Assembly: GCA_965215345.1 (NCBI GenBank)
Contig: CBDCDL010000002.1
Location: forward strand, 2,250,605 to 2,314,604
Length of the DNA: 64,000 bases
Direction of reading: 5' to 3'
From: Spirochaetia bacterium
Lineage (GTDB): Bacteria > Spirochaetota > Spirochaetia > SZUA-6 > Bin103
This document shows, piece after piece, positions 9,087 through 18,002 of this stretch; position 1 is the stretch's first letter, and the number at the start of each line of letters is the position of its first letter. Under the pieces are notes generated by a model. That model was not told the origin of the DNA. It ran no database searches and saw nothing but the letters and a program-made list of their open reading frames with translations. Both the position numbers and the translations under genes were made by a program.

Positions 9087-10784
9087 GTGCTGTTGAGTAG
9101 AGCAAGGGTGCGCAATTTCCGTTGTATCAAGGACCTTAGCGTTGACCTTGAGGACATGACGGTACTCATCGGTGAGAACAATACCGGCAAGACCGCGTTT
9201 CTCGACGCTGTTCGCATCTGTCTCAGCCAGCTTCGACCGCGGAGTGGCCGCCTGTTTCATGAATATGATTACCACCTGGGGGACGATGAGGCGACTCCAG
9301 CCGGCGCGGAACCCATAGTGATCGAGCTGTTCTTCGTAGAGCCCCAGCCCGAATCGTGGAGCGACGACATCGTCCGGGAGCTGGGCAACGTCGCGGTGCT
9401 CGGCGAGGATGATCGCTATGCCGTCACGTTTCGCCTCACTTCCGGCTTCGATCGGGATACCAACGACTTCAGTAGCGAATGGGCGTTCCTGGATGCTCAG
9501 CGGAACCCGCTCATCGGACCGGCGTCGTCTGCTGCGCAGCTCAATGCGTTGCAGCGGGTGGCTCCCGTGTTCTATCTCTCTGCGCTGCGAGATACGACCA
9601 CGCACTTTGCGCCTCGCGGACGGTTCTGGCGTAACTTCCTCTCGGAATCGAGTATCCCGGAACATGACCGACAACATCTTGAGCAGGCATTCTCCGAACT
9701 GAACGATCGACTCATCGCGGCACATCAGCCGCTCAAGGAAGTGCGTTCGAGACTCGAAGACGCGAAAAGAGTAATCGACTTCGGAACGGGTGACGCGGTG
9801 GGCATAGACGCGCTGCCCACCAAGCTGTTCTCGTTGCTGTCTCGCACGCAGGTCAGTCTGGCATCGCCCGCGGGCGCCAAGATCCCGGTAGATCGCCAAG
9901 GTGAGGGAACGCAGAGTCTGGCGGTCCTGCTCTTGTTCGGAGCGTTTCTGCGAAGCCAGCTATCGGATCTCGACTCGATTGCACAGCCGATTACTGCATT
10001 GGAAGAGCCGGAGGCCCATCTGCATCCGTCGGCGGTTCGCGCTCTGATGCAGGTCGTCAGGGATCTGCCGGGGCAAAAGCTCGTGTCCAGCCATAGTGGA
10101 GACCTTCTGGCAAGCGTGGACCCGCTGTCGGTGCGGCGCTTCGTCCGCCGTAGCGGCGGTATCGACGTTCACCACATTCAGCGCAATGCACTGGACGCTG
10201 AGGAGCTGAGGAAGTTCGACTTCCACGTACGCCGCAGCCGCGGGGAATTGCTGTTCGCGAGATGCTGGCTTATGGTTGAAGGGGAGACGGAGACCGTCCT
10301 GTTCGCCGGCGCGGCGGAGGCGCTCGATATGGATCTGGAGCGCTCTGGAGTTCGCACCGTGGAGTTCGGTCAAACGGATGTCGCGATGCTCGCGAAGGTC
10401 GCCAACGAGCTTGGAGTCCCGTGGTACTGTGTCGTCGACGACGATAGTGGGGCACGCACGTACGGCAACGCCGTGCGTGCGCAGCTCGGCGCCGCGACGG
10501 AAGGTGATCGCTTGACCCTTCCATACGAGAACGTGGAGATCTTTCTTTGCGAGCATGGGTTCGGAGATCTTTACGAGTCTCGTGTCTCGCAACAAAAGCC
10601 GGCACCGACTGCGCGAAATGGTACGCCAGAGTATTGGAGACAGGTGCTGGCTGCTATGCCTAATCGCTACAGCAAGCCGGCGATCGCTGTGGAGGCCGTG
10701 TTGACGATGAAGGCCGGCGAGATCCCGGTGCCAGAGACCCTGAAGAGGATCCTCGAAAAGGCTGTGGAACTGGGTAGCGAGTGA
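9087..10784 (+). CDS. gajA: OLD-family ATPase plus TOPRIM nuclease, Gabija GajA-like
   Basis: N-terminal ABC-type ATPase (RVRNFRCIKDLSVDL...LIGENNTGKTAFLDAV; EEPEAHLHPS). C-terminal TOPRIM with the acidic motifs (WLMVEGETE; CVVDDDSG). A UvrD-like helicase gene overlaps its stop. Confidence 0.7.
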   Translation: MLLSRARVRNFRCIKDLSVDLEDMTVLIGENNTGKTAFLDAVRICLSQLRPRSGRLFHEYDYHLGDDEATPAGAEPIVIELFFVEPQPESWSDDIVRELGNVAVLGEDDRYAVTFRLTSGFDRDTNDFSSEWAFLDAQRNPLIGPASSAAQLNALQRVAPVFYLSALRDTTTHFAPRGRFWRNFLSESSIPEHDRQHLEQAFSELNDRLIAAHQPLKEVRSRLEDAKRVIDFGTGDAVGIDALPTKLFSLLSRTQVSLASPAGAKIPVDRQGEGTQSLAVLLLFGAFLRSQLSDLDSIAQPITALEEPEAHLHPSAVRALMQVVRDLPGQKLVSSHSGDLLASVDPLSVRRFVRRSGGIDVHHIQRNALDAEELRKFDFHVRRSRGELLFARCWLMVEGETETVLFAGAAEALDMDLERSGVRTVEFGQTDVAMLAKVANELGVPWYCVVDDDSGARTYGNAVRAQLGAATEGDRLTLPYENVEIFLCEHGFGDLYESRVSQQKPAPTARNGTPEYWRQVLAAMPNRYSKPAIAVEAVLTMKAGEIPVPETLKRILEKAVELGSE

Positions 10785-12703
10785 CGATGCATGATACGGG
10801 CGCCATGAACGCGAACCAGAAGCGGGCGGTGGAGTGGAACGACGGACCGCTTCTGGTGCTGGCGGGTCCGGGATCGGGAAAGACGTTCGTTCTTACCATG
10901 CGTGTGGCGCGTCTGATCCGTGAGAACCCCGAAGCTCGGTTTCGCGTGCTGGGGCTCACGTTCACGACGAAGGCCGCGGACGAGATGCGCAGCCGTCTGG
11001 AAATGGTCTTGGGCGACGAGACAAGGAGAGCGCGTCTGACCACGTTTCATTCGTTCTGTGCCGAGGTGCTGCGCCAACACGGAAGTCATCTGGGACTGCG
11101 CCCCGACTTTGACATACTCGCTCGAGAAGCCGACCGCCTCCGCGTACTCGATGACGCTATCCACGGCAACAGTTCGTTGGACATGCCTGATGTTCCCGCC
11201 GATAGCGTTGTGCGAATGATCGATTACCTGTTCCGCGAAGGGCATGACGGGAACGCCGACACTCCTCTTCCTTTCTCGGGCTCCCCAAAGAAATGGATGG
11301 GTGCGGTCTACAGGACGTACCTGGACGCTCTGATTCGCAACAATCATCTGGACTACGGCGCACTGCTGGTTTCCTGCTTGCGCCTGTTTCGACAACGCCC
11401 CCGGATCGCCAAGCATTACCGCATAGTCTATCCTTACATCTGCGTCGATGAATACCAAGACACGAACAGGTGTCAGGATCGTCTGCTCCGGTTTCTCTGC
11501 CCGAGCGGCGACGCGAACCTCTTCGTCGTCGCCGATGACGATCAGATAATCTTCCAGTGGAATGGCGCCAGTCCCGCGCGTCTCGACGAGCTCCGCCGTG
11601 ATTACAGGATGCATGTCATCCAACTGCCGGACAGTTACCGGTGTCCTCCGGAAGTGATCGAGCTGGCGAACAGGCTCATTCGGTTCAACCTCGAACGATC
11701 GGCGATCAAGGAGCCGCTGAGATCGGCGGTCCCGGCGGGACGGGCCGATTCGATTCGCGTGCGGCGATTTCCTGATCAGTTGGCAGAGATGGCATGGATC
11801 GCCGACGACATGCGGTGTCGCGAACTGCGGCCCACTGAATGCGTGGTGCTGGGGCGCAGCGCAAAGCTCGTCGAGTCGGCCGCGGCGGCGTTGAGACATG
11901 CGCATTTCGTTCCGTACGTGATCAAGCGCAGGCAGGATTTCTACTCGCCCCCGCTGCGTTTCGTACAAGCGGCTCTGAGGCTCGCAATCGCACCACAGCA
12001 GAGCGACCAGATGCGGATCATGTGCAAGGCGTTCTTCGATCTGACGGGGGTCGACGTGCGGGTGGAAGATGCAGAGGCGGAAGGCGAAGCGTATGGCGGG
12101 GCGCTGCTAAGGGGTTTCCTGGAGGCGACGGAAGGAGTTTCCGCCGTAGTGATGGAGTCCGCGCCGCTGCTTGAAGCGCTGCATGACAAACTCGTAGAAC
12201 GGTTGGAGTACGGTGGATTCGTGGACGCGGTCTTCGAATGGTACCATGATCGTGTTCGGCCAAACGAGGTGAGCACGGAGCAACGTGATCTGGATGATGC
12301 TGAAGAGGAGATCGGTATCTGGAACGAGTTGAATCGGGACGTGTGTCGTCACGTTGGCGCGCCGACGTTGAGTCGATTCCTGCAGGAGATGGACCTTCGG
12401 CCGAAGGTGACTCCGCCGGGGCGGGACGCAATTCAGTGTTTGACGATTCACCTGGCGAAGGGAAAGGAATTCGAGCACGTCTACCTGGTAGGAATGGCGG
12501 AGGATCATCTGCCGTCGTATCACGCGAGACGGAAGGGTGCCAATAGTCGCGCGATCGAAGAGGAACGTCGAGAGTGCTTCGTCGGCATTACGCGCGCGCA
12601 CACCAGTCTGACACTCACCTACTCGGCATCTTACTTCGGCTGGCCCAAGGAACCATCGCGGTTCTTGAGCGAGATGGGGTTGGTCTCGATGGAGGCGCGC
12701 TGA
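10781..12703 (+). CDS. gajB: UvrD/PcrA-like superfamily 1 helicase, Gabija GajB-like
   Basis: ...NANQKRAVEWNDGPLLVLAGPGSGKT (Walker A) ...DEYQDTN... (motif II). The GTG start overlaps the gajA stop; an alternative ATG lies at 10805. Confidence 0.7.
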   Translation: MTMHDTGAMNANQKRAVEWNDGPLLVLAGPGSGKTFVLTMRVARLIRENPEARFRVLGLTFTTKAADEMRSRLEMVLGDETRRARLTTFHSFCAEVLRQHGSHLGLRPDFDILAREADRLRVLDDAIHGNSSLDMPDVPADSVVRMIDYLFREGHDGNADTPLPFSGSPKKWMGAVYRTYLDALIRNNHLDYGALLVSCLRLFRQRPRIAKHYRIVYPYICVDEYQDTNRCQDRLLRFLCPSGDANLFVVADDDQIIFQWNGASPARLDELRRDYRMHVIQLPDSYRCPPEVIELANRLIRFNLERSAIKEPLRSAVPAGRADSIRVRRFPDQLAEMAWIADDMRCRELRPTECVVLGRSAKLVESAAAALRHAHFVPYVIKRRQDFYSPPLRFVQAALRLAIAPQQSDQMRIMCKAFFDLTGVDVRVEDAEAEGEAYGGALLRGFLEATEGVSAVVMESAPLLEALHDKLVERLEYGGFVDAVFEWYHDRVRPNEVSTEQRDLDDAEEEIGIWNELNRDVCRHVGAPTLSRFLQEMDLRPKVTPPGRDAIQCLTIHLAKGKEFEHVYLVGMAEDHLPSYHARRKGANSRAIEEERRECFVGITRAHTSLTLTYSASYFGWPKEPSRFLSEMGLVSMEAR

Positions 12704-12718
12704 TACGCGTGCGGGAAA

Positions 12719-12937
12719 GTGATTGCGACGGAGTGGCGCCGGCACATAACTGTTGATCCCAGTATCTGTCATGGACGAGCGTGCATCACGGGCACACGCG
12801 TGCTGGTGACCACGATTCTCGACAACCTCGCTGCCGGACTGGATGCCGAGGAAGTCGCCAAGAGCTACCCGTCGATCAGTCGCGAATCGGTCGAGGCGGC
12901 GGTGTGCTACGCTGCGGACTTGGCTCGCCGTGTCTGA
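12719..12937 (+). CDS. DUF433-family small protein (antitoxin-like)
   Basis: 72 aa. ICHGRACITGTRVLVTTILDNLAAGLDAEEVAKSYPSISRESVEAAVCYA matches the DUF433 consensus (C.G.P.I.GTR..V..IL..L..G.s.eEI...YP.l....I.AAl.YA). Confidence 0.6.
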   Translation: MIATEWRRHITVDPSICHGRACITGTRVLVTTILDNLAAGLDAEEVAKSYPSISRESVEAAVCYAADLARRV

Positions 12938-13319
12938 ATCCGGATCGCGCTCGCTTCGCCTGTCGAAGCTCGACGCGCACGCGTGGGCGTCGGAGGCGTT
13001 GCTGTGCGTCTCGTGCGGTGAGGAGGTGACGGGCGATGGGGCGCGGATCAACGTCGCGGGCGCGCACCGGCATGACTTCTTCAACCCGCAGCGCGTCCAC
13101 TACGCGATCGCCTGCTTTGCCCCGGCTGACGGGTGCCGGACGGTGGGCGAGCAGACCGATCGCTTCACATGGTTCGCCGGGTACGCGTGGACGATCGCGC
13201 TGTGCCGGCGGTGCGGGACCCACTTGGGCTGGCGTTTCGTCTCCGCCGGGGGCGGCCACCGCTTCTTCGGACTGATCGAGTCGCGCCTGGTCCGTCTTGG
13301 GCAGGGTCGCGCCAACTGA
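12930..13319 (+). CDS. Cereblon-like CULT-domain protein (zinc-binding beta-tent)
   Basis: CxxC (LCVSCGEE) ... FFNPQRVHYAIACF ... TWFAGYAWTIALCRRCGTHLGWRF. This is nearly identical in pattern to human cereblon, [24 protein letters not shown], with the aromatic-cage Trp/Tyr and a second CxxC. The assumed start is a GTG overlapping the DUF433 stop by 8 nt. The frame is open from 12843, so the true start is uncertain. Confidence 0.6.
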   Translation: MSESGSRSLRLSKLDAHAWASEALLCVSCGEEVTGDGARINVAGAHRHDFFNPQRVHYAIACFAPADGCRTVGEQTDRFTWFAGYAWTIALCRRCGTHLGWRFVSAGGGHRFFGLIESRLVRLGQGRAN

Positions 13320-13330
13320 GCGATGCGCAC

Positions 13331-14554
13331 ATGAGCGGCCGCGTCGACGGCCCGCGCCGCTGCCGGCCCGAGGAGTTGCCGCAGGTGGTCGAGCTGATCG
13401 ACGCGATCTTTCGCGCCGGCTCCGACCAGCACATCGCGACCGACTACCCGCTGGTGTTCACCCCCCTCCATGCCTATCGGTCGCGGGTCGTGGCGGTCGA
13501 CGGCCGGATCGTCGCCCACGTGCCGGCCGCGCCGCGCGTCGCCGCGGCCGGTCCGGACCGGTTCGGCGTGGCCATGATCGCGCCCACGGCGACTCATCCG
13601 GACTACCGCCGCCGCGGCTACGCCACGCAGTGCCTGCGCGATGCGCACCGCGTCATCGTCGCGCACGGCTGCCCGGTCGCGGCGCTGTGGACGGAGCGGG
13701 CCACGTTCCCGTTCTATCGCCACTCGGACTGGGAGGCGGTGGCCTCACAGGGCGAGGCATTCATGCTCACCGCGGCGGACCGGGACCGGTTCCGGCCGGC
13801 TCCGTTCGCGGTCAGCACGCTGGGCGACGACGAGCAGGGCATTGCCGAACTCCTGGCGCTGCATCGGGCCGAGCCCTGGCGGCTGGAGCGGGACGAGCAG
13901 CAGGCGCGCGCGCTGTTCCGGCTGCCCAAGATCACCGTGTACCGGGCCGAGGACGCGGGCGTTCGGGCCGGCACCGGTCGCCTCCGCGCCTACCTGGTAC
14001 TGGGCGCCGGCACCAACAAGCCGGGCATCGTCGAGGCGACGGGCGATCCGGTGGCGGTGGAGCACCTGCTGCACCATGTGCTCGGCAGCCGCGCCGGCGG
14101 AGCGCCCGTGCAGGTGGTGCCGCCTCCCGCCCGGCCCGACGGGGTCCCGTCGACCCTGTCCGCCGTGATCGCGGGCCGCGGAGCGGGGCGGCGCATCACG
14201 CTGGAAGAGGCCGCGGGCGTCGGCTTGCAGATGATGCGGCTCTTCAGCCTGCCGCGCTTCCTGCAGGCGATCGGCGGGTACCTGCGGCAGGCCGCGGCGT
14301 CCGGTGTCGAAGGGGCGCTCACGCTGGGCTGCCGTGAGGACGGCCAGGCGGTTCGCGTGCGGCTCGCGGGCGGCGAGGCTTCCGTCGAGCAGGCAGTTCC
14401 CGCCGCGGCGCAGATGCTCGGCCGCCGGCAGCTCGTGCAGGTGCTCTTCGGCCATCATCCCGGCGATGACCCGCCGCCGCTGCTCGACGACACCGGATTG
14501 GCGGCGGCACTGTTCCCGTACCGGGTGCCGCTCTGGGAGCTGGACCACTGTTGA
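13331..14554 (+). CDS. GNAT-family N-acetyltransferase with C-terminal extension (Eis-like architecture)
   Basis: N-terminal GNAT-like region (VAMIAPTATHPDYRRRGYATQCL). ATG at 13331 chosen; the upstream in-frame extension overlaps the CULT gene and looks non-coding. Confidence 0.5.
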   Translation: MSGRVDGPRRCRPEELPQVVELIDAIFRAGSDQHIATDYPLVFTPLHAYRSRVVAVDGRIVAHVPAAPRVAAAGPDRFGVAMIAPTATHPDYRRRGYATQCLRDAHRVIVAHGCPVAALWTERATFPFYRHSDWEAVASQGEAFMLTAADRDRFRPAPFAVSTLGDDEQGIAELLALHRAEPWRLERDEQQARALFRLPKITVYRAEDAGVRAGTGRLRAYLVLGAGTNKPGIVEATGDPVAVEHLLHHVLGSRAGGAPVQVVPPPARPDGVPSTLSAVIAGRGAGRRITLEEAAGVGLQMMRLFSLPRFLQAIGGYLRQAAASGVEGALTLGCREDGQAVRVRLAGGEASVEQAVPAAAQMLGRRQLVQVLFGHHPGDDPPPLLDDTGLAAALFPYRVPLWELDHC

Positions 14555-14570
14555 AGAGAGAGGAGTGACC

Positions 14571-15578
14571 ATGGAACGACGAGAGTTGACCGGCATGCCC
14601 GACGGGGTATCGGTCATCACGCTGGGGACCATGCTGTTCGGTCGGCCCGTGCCGCGGCAGGAGGCCATCGGGCAGGTCCACGCCGCGCTCGACCTGGGCG
14701 TCGACCTGTTCGACACCGCCGACATCTACGAGGGCTACGACCGCTTTCTGGGCTCGCCCGGCGGGGTAGCCGAGACGATCCTGGGCGAGGCGCTGCGCGG
14801 CCGGCGCGACCGGGCGCACATCACCACCAAGGTGGGCAACCCGGTCGGCAGCGGGCAGGACGGCGGCCATCCGGCGGGCGCCGACTACGCGGGGACCGGT
14901 CTGAGTCCCGACCACGTCGAGCAGCAGATCGACGCCAGCCTCAGGCGCCTGCGCACCGACTACGTGGACTACTACCTGCTGCACATCGCCGACCCGGACA
15001 CGCCGCTGGAGGACACGCTCGGCGCCGTCGACCGGCTGGTCCGCGCCGGCAAGGCCCGGCACTGGGGCTTCTCCAACTTCGACGCGGCACAGATCGAAAC
15101 CATGCTCGACCTGTGCCGCGCCGGCGTGGCGCCGCCGCCGGTGGTGGCGCAGCCGTGCTACAACTGGCTGGAACGCGACGTGGAGTCCGGTTACCTGCCG
15201 GCCTGCCGGCGGGCGGGCATCGGTATCACCCCGTACCGGCCGCTGGCGGGCGGCCTGCTGAGCGGGAAGTACCGGCCGGGCCGGACGCCGCCGGCCGGCA
15301 GCCGGGCCTCCGAGTCGGCCTGGATCGACGCCGCGGAGATCCCCCACGAACGGCTGCGTCCGTTCGATGAAGAGGCGGCAGCCGCGGGCGTCCCGCCGGC
15401 CTGCCATGCGGTCCGCTGGCTGCTCGCGCGCGACGGGGTGGTGTCGGTGGTGACCGGCGTGAAATCGACCGCACAGCTCACGGAGCTGGCTGCCTGCGTC
15501 CGGGAGCCCGGACGGGACGGTGACACGCCCCCACGCAGGGCCGGCGTTCCGGGCGGTCGCGCGGAGCCCGCCTCATGA
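14571..15578 (+). CDS. Aldo/keto reductase family oxidoreductase
   Basis: AKR motifs: LFDTADIYEGY, YVDYYLLHIADPDTPLEDTLGAVDRLVRAGKARHWGFSNF. RBS GAGAGAGGAG precedes the ATG at 14571. Confidence 0.8.
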   Translation: MERRELTGMPDGVSVITLGTMLFGRPVPRQEAIGQVHAALDLGVDLFDTADIYEGYDRFLGSPGGVAETILGEALRGRRDRAHITTKVGNPVGSGQDGGHPAGADYAGTGLSPDHVEQQIDASLRRLRTDYVDYYLLHIADPDTPLEDTLGAVDRLVRAGKARHWGFSNFDAAQIETMLDLCRAGVAPPPVVAQPCYNWLERDVESGYLPACRRAGIGITPYRPLAGGLLSGKYRPGRTPPAGSRASESAWIDAAEIPHERLRPFDEEAAAAGVPPACHAVRWLLARDGVVSVVTGVKSTAQLTELAACVREPGRDGDTPPRRAGVPGGRAEPAS

Positions 15579-16753
15579 GTGCGGACGCCGCCCGCGACGC
15601 GGTCGACCAGGGCCGCCTGACGGCCACCGCCACGGCGCTGATGGAGGTCCCCAGCCCCACGGGACAGGCCGGAGCGGCCGCCGACCGGCTGGCCGAGCTG
15701 TTGACGGCCGACGGGTTCGAGGTGGAGCGCATGGCCGCCGGCCACCCGGATGCCGCGGCCGTGATCACGCGGCTGGCCGGCGCGCGGCCCGGACCGACCC
15801 TGCAGTTCGACGGCCACCTGGACACCGTCCACCTGCCGTACCGGCCGCCACGGCTGGCGGGCGGCGTGCTGTCCGGCAGCGGCGCGGCCGACATGAAGGC
15901 CGGGATTGCCGCGGCGGTGGAGGCGCTGCGCGCGGTGCGCGACGCCGGCGGCCCGCCGGCGGGCGGCCTGCTGTTGACCGCGCACGACCTGCACGAGGCG
16001 CCGTGGGGCTACGGCGAGCAGCTCGACGCCATGATCGCCGCGGGCGTCGCCGGCGACGCGGTGATGCTGCCCGAGTACGAGGGCGCGGAGCTGCCGGTGG
16101 CCGGGCGCGGCAACGCGGTGATCGCCGTGACGGTGCGGCGGGATGGCGAGCCCATGCACGAGGTCCTGGGCGGCGCGGAGCAGCCCGACGTAATCGCCGC
16201 CGGCGCCGGGCTGACGCTGGGCCTGAAGGATCTGGCCGCCGAGCTCGGCGCCGAAGGCGCAGGCGTTGCCGGCCGCGCCAGCGTGTTCATCGGCACGGTC
16301 GCAGGCGGGCAGATGTTCAATCAGTCGCCGGTCGAGCTCACCCTGGAGGGGACGCAGCGCTGGCTGCCCGGCACCCGGCCGGAAGCGGCCGAACGGCGGT
16401 TGCGCGACTGCCTGGCCCGGCACACGCCGCCGGGGATCCGGGTGGACTGCCGCTGGCAACTCGTCCGTGGCGGCTTCGAGCTGGACTGCGGCCACCCGGT
16501 GGTGGATTCCTTCGATCGCGCGGTGGCTGCCGAGCTCGGCGCGCCGCTGCCGCGCGGCCCCAAGCGCTTCGCCGACGACGGCAACAGCTTCAGCGACCTG
16601 GCCGGGATCCCGGCCATCACGCACGGGCCGCGCGCCACCGGCGCGCACACGGTCGACGAGCGGGTGCCGGTGGGCGAGCTGATCCGCGTGGCGCGCGTGT
16701 ATGCGGCGACGGCCGTGTGCTACTGCGCCGGCGCCGGGGACCGGCGGCGGTAG
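15575..16753 (+). CDS. M20-family metallopeptidase (ArgE/DapE-like deacylase)
   Basis: LQFDGHLDTVH ... GSGAADMKAG ... M20 metal-binding motifs. The start overlaps the upstream stop. Confidence 0.7.
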   Translation: MSADAARDAVDQGRLTATATALMEVPSPTGQAGAAADRLAELLTADGFEVERMAAGHPDAAAVITRLAGARPGPTLQFDGHLDTVHLPYRPPRLAGGVLSGSGAADMKAGIAAAVEALRAVRDAGGPPAGGLLLTAHDLHEAPWGYGEQLDAMIAAGVAGDAVMLPEYEGAELPVAGRGNAVIAVTVRRDGEPMHEVLGGAEQPDVIAAGAGLTLGLKDLAAELGAEGAGVAGRASVFIGTVAGGQMFNQSPVELTLEGTQRWLPGTRPEAAERRLRDCLARHTPPGIRVDCRWQLVRGGFELDCGHPVVDSFDRAVAAELGAPLPRGPKRFADDGNSFSDLAGIPAITHGPRATGAHTVDERVPVGELIRVARVYAATAVCYCAGAGDRRR

Positions 16754-17972
16754 AGCCGGTAGAGGACGATCGCCAGCACGCCGGCGACGCAGCCGGCCAC
16801 GAACACCGGATCGTAGCCCCAGGCGGCGATCACCGGGCCGCCGCCGAAACCGACCGCGATGAAGGACAGCGCTGCCGCCGTCTCGGTGGCGCCCGCCATT
16901 CTGGTCCGCCAGCGTCCGGACACGCTGCTCATGGCGGTGAGCAGGATGGCGGTGCGGGCGATGTGGGTGATGCCGTTGAAGCCGACCAGGGTGACGAGCG
17001 CGCCGGGCCGCGAGTCGAACACGGCGATCGGCAGCATCACCAGCGCCACCGCCGCCATGGAGACGTACAGCGTGCGATCGGCGCCGAAGCGGCGGATCAG
17101 CTCCGCGGACGCCAGCACCAGCGGGATGGCGAGCGCCATGGACGCCGACCACGCGGTGCCGATCGCCTGCGAGGTGGCGCCCTGCGCCTGGTCCAGGAAC
17201 ACGCTGCCGTAGGTGTACATGATCGCTCCCGGCGTCACGCGCAGGAACATCATCAGGAACATCACGGCGATCGCCAGCAGCGGCGCCCGCTCGTTCGACG
17301 GAGGAGCCGGCTGCCCGGCGCGCGCGGCCGGCTGCGGTTCGACGTCCGCCGCGCGCGAGATCAGGAGGGCCGCCGGCATCGTGGCCGTCCCCACCAGCAC
17401 CAGCGTCAGGGCGAACGGTTCGGCATGCTGCTGGGTGAGCCGCAGGAGGTCGGCCGAGGCGGCCGACAGGAAGCCGCCGCCAAGGCTGCCGACCAGCCGC
17501 CGGCCATGCCCGACGCCGCCCACGCGGCATAGGCGCGGGCGTGGGTGCTGGGGGTCGAGGCGGCCATCAGATACGGCTGTAGCGCCACCATGTACAGGCC
17601 CAGTCCCAGCGAGCGCAGCAGCAGAAGGCACAGGACGAACGGGGTGCGCGCCGGTGGCGGAATGAACAGGGCGAGCGGCACCAGCAGGTTGCTCGCCTGT
17701 CCGAGCACCGCCCCCAGCATCATCGCCGCGCGCGGGCGCATCCGGAACGGCAGGCCGCCGGCGCTCACCGCCACCGCGCAGGCGGCGTACATCACCACGC
17801 TGATCGCGTGCAGACGGCCGACCGCGGTGACGTCGTAGCCCAGGCGCAGCAGGAACAGGTTCATCACCGCGCTCTGCACCCCGAACACGGTGGTGGAGAT
17901 CATCAGATCGGCGCCCAGCACCCACCAGACGTTCCGACCTACCCCGATTCCGCGTCCCTCCGACACCTCCAC
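16720..17972 (-). pseudogene. MFS transporter gene interrupted by a frameshift (pseudogene or sequencing error)
   Basis: The N-terminal half is in the frame of ORF 17406..17972. The C-terminal half is in the frame of ORF 16720..17925. Both halves are hydrophobic MFS-like TM segments. The frame switch lies near 17480-17520. Confidence 0.6.
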
Positions 17973-18002
17973 GGATGGTGCGGCGATCGAGCGCTCGGCG
18001 GC

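Noticed and set aside
13133-13330. Longer N-terminus for the GNAT-like gene (ORF 13133..14554)
   Set aside because: The extension overlaps the well-supported CULT-domain ORF and has noise-like composition. ATG 13331 was preferred.
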